From a virus, in the IMG/VR virus record IMGVR_UViG_3300017788_004205, positions 1 to 64,000 of that record: DNA of 64,000 nt; one strand, 5' to 3'. The notes under the pieces are model-generated. The model did not search any database. It had not been told where the DNA came from and was given only the letters and a program-made list of their open reading frames with translations. The position numbers and the translations under genes were made by a program. Positions 56,342-64,000 of this stretch are shown piece by piece; the first letter of the stretch is position 1, and each line of letters begins with the position of its first letter.

Positions 56342-57829
56342 ATGCTATTTAGAAACTTAAATTTTGACAAAAAAGCCCAAAATATATCAGAAGGAAATTT
56401 TATTTCTGCTGATTTTCTGGGGATTTTTGATAGTGATGCAAAATCTAAACTCGCAAATCTTACAATAGATAAGATGTTTGAGGGGTTAGATTTAGAAAAA
56501 AGTGCAGAATTGCATGATTTTATTGAAGCATACGCCCCTTCTTTGAAAGCACAGCCTGCTACAAGCACAACTCCTTCTATAACCGATGCTATGGGATTGC
56601 AAAATTCTAAAAAAAGTGTTTTCGAGCTTATTAACTCTCAATTACACTATATGCAATTAAGATTAGAAGGTGTAGAAAGGGAACTTGATAAATTTTACAA
56701 AGACATTGAAACAGCTTATAGTAAAACAATATCCAAAGAAGAATTAGAAGGTTCTGTATCTGGTTTTACAAGCCCAGAAAATATAGCATCTATAATACCT
56801 AAGATTAATTCTATTGTAGAAGAAGCGATAAAAACAGGTCTTGTAAATTTTGAAAATTCAAGCACAAAGCAAGCATTTTTAACTCTGCATAAGTTAAAAA
56901 TTAGCAGTTATATTTTTGCATTAAGAGAGAATATATTAAATGATGCTAAAAATGTTAGCATTTTACCACTATACAGAAAAATAGATTCTCTTGATTTAGA
57001 AGAAATCACAGCAGAAAACGCGATGCTTTCTGAAATAAAGTCTTATATGGACAATCCTCTTGATATATCGGGGATGTATAAATCATTTGACCCAATCGCA
57101 AGAATTTCAGCTTTCTTGGAAGAATCGTTGATGCAATACGAATATGGTATTGACTTGAGGAAAACATTTGGCTCGAATTATACGGAAACATTCAATAATT
57201 CAGAGGCATTGTCAACAGGAGTTTTAAGAAAGTTTGTGAAGACAATAGATATTAGTGTTTTTGAGCCATTACAAGAACTCTTGTATGATGTTGCTCTTAC
57301 ACTTATCCAAAGAGTTTATGCCCAAAATACTGATGAAGATGATAAGAATATATTTGTTCCTTCTCTTCAGTTCATGTATCTTTCTATGATTTCTCTTCTT
57401 GCATTTAAGCTTATTGATTATAATCTTAAAGTTAAAACAGCTTCTATCCAAAGAGAAGAAAGAATCAAAGCTGAACAACAAGCGGCAGTTGTTGAAGACA
57501 AGAAATCAAGAGCGATGAAATTATATGATACATACAAGCAATTGAATGCTTTGAACTTCTTCAAAAAGGGCGGTCTTGTTTACAAGAAAGAATCAAATAG
57601 AATGCTTCCAGAGATTGTTAAGTTGATTAATAACTTCTTTGTTTATGCAGGAGACCTTGATAAATCTAAATTAGATAGTCCTACTTTTGATGATATGACT
57701 TATCAAGCTGTGTTGAAGTTTCAAACAGAAACTGAATGCAATCTCAAAGACGGCAAAATAGGAAATGAAACAAGAGGAAGAATGCAGGGAATTGCAGAAG
57801 CAACAGCATCATCTTATAGCATTGTGTAA
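56342..57829 (+). CDS. Putative internal head protein (family A), C-terminal peptidoglycan-binding domain
   Basis: Paralog of 61099-62523; FDDMTYQAVLKFQ...DGKIGNET. Confidence 0.7.
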   Translation: MLFRNLNFDKKAQNISEGNFISADFLGIFDSDAKSKLANLTIDKMFEGLDLEKSAELHDFIEAYAPSLKAQPATSTTPSITDAMGLQNSKKSVFELINSQLHYMQLRLEGVERELDKFYKDIETAYSKTISKEELEGSVSGFTSPENIASIIPKINSIVEEAIKTGLVNFENSSTKQAFLTLHKLKISSYIFALRENILNDAKNVSILPLYRKIDSLDLEEITAENAMLSEIKSYMDNPLDISGMYKSFDPIARISAFLEESLMQYEYGIDLRKTFGSNYTETFNNSEALSTGVLRKFVKTIDISVFEPLQELLYDVALTLIQRVYAQNTDEDDKNIFVPSLQFMYLSMISLLAFKLIDYNLKVKTASIQREERIKAEQQAAVVEDKKSRAMKLYDTYKQLNALNFFKKGGLVYKKESNRMLPEIVKLINNFFVYAGDLDKSKLDSPTFDDMTYQAVLKFQTETECNLKDGKIGNETRGRMQGIAEATASSYSIV

Positions 57830-57862
57830 TTCTCAAATATCCAGAAAAAAATAAATAGTCTT

Positions 57863-58780
57863 ATGGAAAATAAAGTATTTAAATATCTGAATTTTATAGA
57901 ACCTAAGGAACCATCAAGTATATCATTTTATGATAATCTCAATGAGTCCAATATTTATAATACAGAATCCTATAAATGGGCATATAAAGATATTAATTTA
58001 GAAAATTTTGATACAAAATACACCAGTATTTTCTACAATTCCCTTTCTAAGCTCCTCTACGGTGAGTCTGGTAAACCAGAAGAGCCTAAATTCGGGCCAG
58101 GGTATGAACAGAGTAAGTCTAAATTGGAAAAAACACAAAAGCTTTTTTCTCTTATATGGAACAATGCAAAAAGCGCAATCAATAAACTTTTACAGGATAA
58201 TAAAACTATTTTTCCTAAAAGTATAATAGATGAAATTAGCAAATTAGAATATAATTTACCAAAAGATTTTACAAGTTCGGATTATATATTCGATAGACTT
58301 AAAAATAATAATCTGGATGGTTTCCCAGAAAACTTAAAGTCTAAAATTAACAAAATTCAGATAAATACTAATGAACTGAAAAATTATTCTATTGGTATTT
58401 ATGAATCAGTTACAAATAGCAATAAAGATAATTTTAACAAAAATATATCAACAACATTAGGCAATGACGTTAAGAATATAGTAGAAAAGTTGAAGAAAGT
58501 CTATTTTCCAAATCTTCAAAATTACTCTTCGATAGAAAGTGAAATGAAGGATACTTTCTCATCATTATATGTTGATTGTTACCTTTATACTTTATCAAAC
58601 TCTATCTTCAATTATAAGAAAGGTTCTTCTGATATCGTTAAAAAACAAGATGCTTCTACTGAAGTTAAAAAAACAGTTTCGCGTAAGTCGAGTGGAGCAA
58701 CTAAAAGAGAACAAGCATCTTCTAAACAATTATCAAAGGATGATTGGACAAATATATTGAAGAAAAGGGGATTACTTTAA
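57863..58780 (+). CDS. Putative internal head protein
   Basis: KVFKYLNFIE...LNES; weak similarity to neighbours (KLLYG, VYFPNLQ). Confidence 0.6.
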   Translation: MENKVFKYLNFIEPKEPSSISFYDNLNESNIYNTESYKWAYKDINLENFDTKYTSIFYNSLSKLLYGESGKPEEPKFGPGYEQSKSKLEKTQKLFSLIWNNAKSAINKLLQDNKTIFPKSIIDEISKLEYNLPKDFTSSDYIFDRLKNNNLDGFPENLKSKINKIQINTNELKNYSIGIYESVTNSNKDNFNKNISTTLGNDVKNIVEKLKKVYFPNLQNYSSIESEMKDTFSSLYVDCYLYTLSNSIFNYKKGSSDIVKKQDASTEVKKTVSRKSSGATKREQASSKQLSKDDWTNILKKRGLL

Positions 58781-58807
58781 TTCAAAAATTAAAAATAAAA
58801 AAATATC

Positions 58808-59932
58808 ATGATAATAGAATTTTCTAAATTCGCATCTTTGAAAGAAAATGTAACAGTTAACACTAATTTTTTATTTGAAGATATGTTTGATGAAAAAAGT
58901 CAATCGGAAAACATATCTAAAAACGCAGAAGTTATATCTAAAAATGTTATAGATAGTTCTTTATCTCTCAAGGATAATATAAAGAACTTTTTATACAATA
59001 AATTAAATACAGTTATTTACGGAACATCCGATAAACAAAAAAACACAGGCTCTCCTGTGGATTATATAGTAACTAATAGTGAAAAGCTCATAGATTATGC
59101 TGTTGAAATACAAACAACTGGAACTTATTCGACATTTTGGAGAAGCACTATGGGATATTTTGGAACATTTGCTATTGCAGTCGCTACGGCTTGGTATTTA
59201 TGGAAAAAAAGAAGTGCTTATAAAAAGGCTTTACAGTATATTATTAAACCAGAAGTTGAGGCTGAATTTATACAAAAGACCGAAACATCTGGTGTGCTTA
59301 AATTAAAAAAGGATGTTGAGAATTATAAAAGAGGTCAAGAGTTGTTCAGAGAAACTAATGGCAAGTTTTATGTTCTTCTACCTTTAGGTAGTAAAGAATA
59401 TCTAAAATTTGGTTACGATAAAACTCTAACCAGACCTATGAAGGATATTCTATTAGATGAATGGAAGAATTTACCATTAAAAACACCTTCTACTTCTACA
59501 ATAAAGAAAGTTGGGATATTTTTATCAAGAGTATCACAACCTCAAGCTTTGGCTACTGCTGGAGCTACAATATCACTACCATTTATATGGGAAAATTTGA
59601 ATGTTTTATGGGATTGGTTTATGAGCAATGTTAAGTCAGATGAACCTGGCTATAAGACATTTGTAGAACTTGGGACTGTAATAAATAATAGAGAACAGTA
59701 TATTGAGAAGTTTTATCAATCTTTGATTGAAACTCCAGCCTTTGATAAGGATTTGGATTTGCCATATAATGTTATTACCTCAATTTCTAATTTCGATAAA
59801 TTAGGTATAGATAATCCCGATAAAATTGGATATGCTGTATGTAGATTAATAGCACAAGCAACATTTGAATATCAAAAAGGAACAGCAGTTTCTACGATAT
59901 ATTCAGCCGTATCAAATGAATTAAAAGCATAA
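58808..59932 (+). CDS. Putative internal head protein (family B) with hydrophobic helix
   Basis: MIIEFSKFASLKE; FGTFAIAVATAWYLW; NPDKIGY. Confidence 0.6.
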   Translation: MIIEFSKFASLKENVTVNTNFLFEDMFDEKSQSENISKNAEVISKNVIDSSLSLKDNIKNFLYNKLNTVIYGTSDKQKNTGSPVDYIVTNSEKLIDYAVEIQTTGTYSTFWRSTMGYFGTFAIAVATAWYLWKKRSAYKKALQYIIKPEVEAEFIQKTETSGVLKLKKDVENYKRGQELFRETNGKFYVLLPLGSKEYLKFGYDKTLTRPMKDILLDEWKNLPLKTPSTSTIKKVGIFLSRVSQPQALATAGATISLPFIWENLNVLWDWFMSNVKSDEPGYKTFVELGTVINNREQYIEKFYQSLIETPAFDKDLDLPYNVITSISNFDKLGIDNPDKIGYAVCRLIAQATFEYQKGTAVSTIYSAVSNELKA

Positions 59933-59938
59933 AATAGG

Positions 59939-61084
59939 ATGATAACTAATTATAGCGATTTTGTATTAAACGAAGGTTATACTAATCCTCAAAAGGTTTA
60001 TACAATAGATAAGATAAAACTTAGAACTCAGGGTGAGTATTTAGCTAATCCTTCTCTTATAGATGAAGATATAGCTAAGTTTAGAAACTTATCGGAACTC
60101 ATAAATTTAGATGATATTTTAAGAAAAAAAGATTATAGTAAATATTCATCCGCACTAAAAGAATTTATCAAAACGAAAGCATATAATAAGTTAGTAGAGG
60201 TAATGTATGGTAAGGGATATAATAATCCAGAAAAAGATTCTACAGAAATAATAGTAGGATTAGACCCATCTTCAATGGCTTCTGCTATGAAATATGGCTC
60301 TACTCCAAAAACTATTAAAATGACTCGCGGAGAATACTTCAAAAAAGTTTGGGCAAGAGTTGATGAATATTGTGATAATTCTGTTGAATTTTTACAAAAA
60401 GGCATAATAGAAGATACATTAGGGGATTTTGTAGATTATAGTAAAAACATACTTTTAATAATACTCGCGGCTGTTATTATCTATTTCGGGGCAAAGGCTA
60501 TGGCAGTAGGAGCATCTGGAGTTGTAACTTTTGCGTCATCTACCACAGGTCTTTCTGCTATACGTAACATAATATTAAATGCAGGAGTTAAGTCAATGCC
60601 CTTTGTTGAAAAGTGCTCCTTGGCTATACAGAGACTTGTATCTAATCCTAAAACTTGGATGAGTTTAGCATCATGGGAAATATTTGATGCGGCTCCTAAA
60701 ATAATAGAAATGTTTTCGTCTAATGATGCTGACGTTTTGCTACAACTCGATGAAGAACATATTTTAGAAAAACTCTCAGAAAAAAACAAAAAAGTACAGA
60801 TAGCAAAAATCAAGAAAGCATTGGAAGAGCATTCTGACTTCAATGTTAAACCATTTTTAGACGGCCCAGTTCAAGTATGGCAAGATGCATTTCAAAGGAT
60901 GCCAGGGTGGGAAGCATGGTCTCAAAAAGAAGGTAAATCTATAAACAACAATCCACAAAATCTTGGTTATATATTTACATATTACATAGCTTTATACGCA
61001 TATCAATTTCAACTATTTATTTGGAAATACAATTATCTGCTAACATTAAAAGAAGGTAGAGATGTTGATTTTTCAAAACTTTAA
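59939..61084 (+). CDS. Putative internal head protein (family B) with hydrophobic helices
   Basis: MITNYSDFVLNE-G; ILLIILAAVIIYFGA; LEEHSDF, MPGW, NLGYIFTYYI. Confidence 0.65.
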   Translation: MITNYSDFVLNEGYTNPQKVYTIDKIKLRTQGEYLANPSLIDEDIAKFRNLSELINLDDILRKKDYSKYSSALKEFIKTKAYNKLVEVMYGKGYNNPEKDSTEIIVGLDPSSMASAMKYGSTPKTIKMTRGEYFKKVWARVDEYCDNSVEFLQKGIIEDTLGDFVDYSKNILLIILAAVIIYFGAKAMAVGASGVVTFASSTTGLSAIRNIILNAGVKSMPFVEKCSLAIQRLVSNPKTWMSLASWEIFDAAPKIIEMFSSNDADVLLQLDEEHILEKLSEKNKKVQIAKIKKALEEHSDFNVKPFLDGPVQVWQDAFQRMPGWEAWSQKEGKSINNNPQNLGYIFTYYIALYAYQFQLFIWKYNYLLTLKEGRDVDFSKL

Positions 61085-61098
61085 AATAAGAACTAACA

Positions 61099-62523
61099 AT
61101 GCTCTACAGACCTATCCATCCAAATAAAAAAGAAGATATTAACAGAGTAGATGAGAGTAATTTTATCTCTTCTGATATGTTAGGTATATTTGATTCAGAT
61201 GCAAGAGTTAAATTAAGTGCTCTCACAATAGATAAATTATTTGAAGGATTAGATATAGATAATTCAAATGAAATTCATAGTTTCATTACTTCATTTGCTC
61301 CTTCCTTATCAAAAGTTATGGGAGTTTATAGTTCAGAGTCTAACTATGCATTCGAGATTCTAAAGGCTCAACTGATGTATATGCAAACTATTTTGCAAGA
61401 TGTTGAGAATGATATAGATTCTTTTTACAAGAATGTAATTAATGTTCACAAAAGCTATACAGACGGCCAAACAATAGAAACTCTTGTTGCTAAGTATAGC
61501 AATCCAAATAGTGTTGGTTCTATTTTCCCTGAGGTTGAAAAAATAGTTAAACAAGCAAAGAAATCAGGAGTTGATTTTAATAACCCAAGAGTTAAAGAAA
61601 CATTCAAAACTCTTCAAAAGTTGAATGTTAGCACTTATATTAGTCAAACCCTAAGTTCAATTGAAGTTTCAGCTTCAAATGTAAGTTTGCTTCCTCTTTA
61701 CAAGAAGATAGATGGAATGAATTTAGAAGAAATCACGGGAGATAATGCAATCGCTCCTCAAAACAAGAGTCATTTGTTTTTAACTCTTGATTTCAATTCT
61801 ATGTATACTTCTTTAGACCCAATTGCAAGACTGGGAGCTTTCTTTGAAGAAACTTTATTGCAATATCCATTCGGAAGACAATTAAAGAAGAATTTCGGAG
61901 ACGAGTATGAGTATTTTGATACTATTGAACATAGCATGTCTGCTATAAAACAATTTGTTCCTTCGGTTGATTATACTGTATTTGAACCGATGAAAGAAAT
62001 GCTTTATGAAATTAGTGCTTTATTGGTAAATCGAGTGTTTTCAATGCACCCAGAAGAAGATTCTAAGAATATATTCGTTCCTTCTTTTCAAGTTATGTGG
62101 GTGAGTATATTATCTCTTTTAGCTTTAAGACTCATTAACTTTAATGTTAGAGTTTCAAATGTTATTACTCAAAAAAAGGAAGAGAAAAAAGAACTAAAAT
62201 CCGAAAAAGCATCTGAATTAACTCAAGCTTATGAAACTCTAAAGCAACAAAACTTCTTTACAGACAAAATTACCTATAAAGAAGGTGATGCGACAATGAA
62301 TCCAGAGATAATCAAAAATATAAATAATATCTTAGTTAAGTTGACAATACTTCCAGATTCTAAGATTAATTCTACGCAGTATGATAGTCAAACAGCGGAA
62401 GCTATTAGAACACTTCAAATGAATCATTCTGCTGAATTTGTTGATGGGAAGATAGGTCAAGAAACAAAAGAAATTATGGAAAAGATTATCAATCACATAC
62501 AAAATAAATATAAAATGTCTTGA
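61099..62523 (+). CDS. Putative internal head protein (family A), C-terminal peptidoglycan-binding domain
   Basis: Paralog of 56342-57829; YDSQTAEAIRTLQ...VDGKIGQET. Confidence 0.7.
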   Translation: MLYRPIHPNKKEDINRVDESNFISSDMLGIFDSDARVKLSALTIDKLFEGLDIDNSNEIHSFITSFAPSLSKVMGVYSSESNYAFEILKAQLMYMQTILQDVENDIDSFYKNVINVHKSYTDGQTIETLVAKYSNPNSVGSIFPEVEKIVKQAKKSGVDFNNPRVKETFKTLQKLNVSTYISQTLSSIEVSASNVSLLPLYKKIDGMNLEEITGDNAIAPQNKSHLFLTLDFNSMYTSLDPIARLGAFFEETLLQYPFGRQLKKNFGDEYEYFDTIEHSMSAIKQFVPSVDYTVFEPMKEMLYEISALLVNRVFSMHPEEDSKNIFVPSFQVMWVSILSLLALRLINFNVRVSNVITQKKEEKKELKSEKASELTQAYETLKQQNFFTDKITYKEGDATMNPEIIKNINNILVKLTILPDSKINSTQYDSQTAEAIRTLQMNHSAEFVDGKIGQETKEIMEKIINHIQNKYKMS

Positions 62524-62525
62524 AA

Positions 62526-63620
62526 ATGGAAAACAAAAAAAGAATACTCAATTTTCAGAATTTTGTAATCAATGAAAGTTCATTACATGAGTCTAATACA
62601 GTAGATATCCCAGATTCAGAAATTTCAAAGATTCTTGATAGAGATATGACAACATATCTAAAAGGTCGTATGTGGGAAAAAAGTATTGAAGTTTTTTTTG
62701 GTAAAGATTATCTTAAAAAACCAGGTTTCAATCCAGAGAAAGATACTACTCCTATTACCGTAGATAATTGGATTTCAGGCAATGTATCGATTGATGCTGG
62801 TGGGTTTTTTAGAGATTCTTGGCAAGAGACTGACCAATTTTGCAATAGAGCAGTTGAGCTTGTAAAGACAGGTGAGTTATCAGATTTCTTAGGTAAAATT
62901 GCAGTCCCAGCTGGTTGGGCTGGAATAACCGCTGCAACAGTAGCGGGTCTTATAGCTATTGGTGGGATTGCTATTCCAAGTGCTACTATTGCTTCTGGCT
63001 TTATAGGAGCGACAGGAGGATTAGGATGGGGTGCAATAGCAATTAACACATCTGCGCTTGGTTCATTAGCTCTTAATTTAGCCCCTTTATTTTCGGATAA
63101 TCCAAAGATTGACCCAAGTCTTCAAAGAATAGCAAAGATGGTTATTAACAAAGAAGAAACTATAAAAGAATTTCAAAATGCTTTACAAGAACATTCTGAT
63201 TTTGAAGCAGATTGGGGTCTTGATAATTGGTTATCAGGAATAGATGAGATGCCAGGATGGTCAAAAAGCACTTGGAAAGAAAAAGGAGCAGATAATATAG
63301 GCTATCTCTTTACTTATTGGATTTCTTATTATTCTTATATTTACTTAAAAACAAAATTTGGAGCTTCTGTTGCTCAGGCTATAAAAAACTTTGAACAGGG
63401 TGGCGGTTCTGTTAAATTGATTGATAAGCCATTTGAAATCAATCAAAAAACATCAATAGAGCCCATTTCTAAGCCTTCTGAGGGGACTTCAGGTTCTACT
63501 CCTATAAATTCTCAAGTTCAAGCACAAGGAAGCCCTGTGGCGACCGCAGATGCCTCAAATTGGGTTAAAAAGAGAGAAGTTACCGTCAATGACGAAGTTC
63601 TTTCAAAATATGGATTCTGA
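62526..63620 (+). CDS. Putative internal head protein (family B) with long Gly/Ala hydrophobic segment
   Basis: MENKKRILNFQNFVINES; AGWAGITAATVAGLIAIGGIAI...; LQEHSDF, MPGW, NIGYLFTYWI; likely ATG 62526. Confidence 0.65.
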   Translation: MENKKRILNFQNFVINESSLHESNTVDIPDSEISKILDRDMTTYLKGRMWEKSIEVFFGKDYLKKPGFNPEKDTTPITVDNWISGNVSIDAGGFFRDSWQETDQFCNRAVELVKTGELSDFLGKIAVPAGWAGITAATVAGLIAIGGIAIPSATIASGFIGATGGLGWGAIAINTSALGSLALNLAPLFSDNPKIDPSLQRIAKMVINKEETIKEFQNALQEHSDFEADWGLDNWLSGIDEMPGWSKSTWKEKGADNIGYLFTYWISYYSYIYLKTKFGASVAQAIKNFEQGGGSVKLIDKPFEINQKTSIEPISKPSEGTSGSTPINSQVQAQGSPVATADASNWVKKREVTVNDEVLSKYGF

Positions 63621-63672
63621 TACATTAAAACTTATTTTTTTAACATTATTCGTAATGTAGGTTTTAATTTTA

Positions 63673-63680
63673 GATATATA
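63673..63680 (+). promoter_or_regulatory. Putative late promoter GATATATA
   Basis: 26 nt upstream of GTG 63706. Confidence 0.65.
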
Positions 63681-63705
63681 GAGTAAATCAAAATTTTGAA
63701 AAAGC

Positions 63706-64000
63706 GTGATTACAAAGTTCGACATATATTCAAATAATAAACTGAATGAGATAGCTGGTATTTATGATGGTTATTATGGGACAACTCTAAAAGATTTTAG
63801 AATGTCCGATTTATACCAAATTACAGCTCTTTCGGCTCAATCTACCATTGAAATCTTCAATGGTAATGATACATTTCAAACCGCACTTCTTCCTACATCT
63901 TCACTTTGGAATATGATTGATGTTGGTTATAAATCATGTACTACTGGTATGCTTTCCTTACTTAAAGCAAATTTCAAGAAATCTGATATAGAAGCGTTTG
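63706..64000 (+). CDS. Putative internal head protein, 3' truncated (absent from ORF track)
   Basis: GTG ATT ACA AAG TTC... translates MITKFDIYSNNKLNEIAG... and stays open to the window end. Confidence 0.65.
   Translation, partial: MITKFDIYSNNKLNEIAGIYDGYYGTTLKDFRMSDLYQITALSAQSTIEIFNGNDTFQTALLPTSSLWNMIDVGYKSCTTGMLSLLKANFKKSDIEAF

Noticed and set aside
1-64000. Alternative genetic code (stop-codon reassignment, seen in some huge phages)
   Set aside because: Conserved genes are full length and tile densely in the standard code
1-64000. tRNA/rRNA genes
   Set aside because: Intergenic gaps are short and AT-rich; no cloverleaf or T-loop context recognised by eye (tRNAscan not run)

Overview
This AT-rich, gene-dense window comes from a large T4-related (myovirus-type, probably jumbo/huge) bacteriophage read in the standard genetic code. 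Core T4-like genes are recognisable by motif: gp47/gp46 (Mre11/Rad50), gp15 tail completion, a compact gp55 late sigma factor, a gp26/gp51-like pair, a gp53-like wedge, gp4, gp2 and the gp20 portal. Accessory genes include thioredoxin, IF3, a ferritin-like protein, RuvC, Hsp20, a RimK-like ATP-grasp/protease fusion, a UvrD-like helicase, three glycosyltransferases and a Gly-X-Gln collagen fibre. The main unannotated signal is a shared N-terminal peptide (roughly hydrophobic-x-x-F/Y-x-x-F/Y...L/I/V-x-E) on about 15-18 otherwise unrelated proteins. It resembles the T4 capsid-targeting sequence plus the prohead-protease cleavage site. Most carriers sit in an ~18 kb array right after the portal (46152-64000) that combines peptidoglycan-binding domains, two M15 peptidases, paralogous hydrophobic-helix proteins and an ankyrin protein. 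I infer a large capsid-packaged, injected cargo or 'ejectosome' system. Other signals are a variant late promoter (GATATATA, about 24-43 nt before most starts), a sigma70-like class (TTGAAC-N17-TATAAT), a candidate +1 frameshift (UCC UUU CGA) fusing the gp26/gp51-like ORFs, and a 21-aa leader ORF. All family assignments come from motif recognition by eye, not from database searches.
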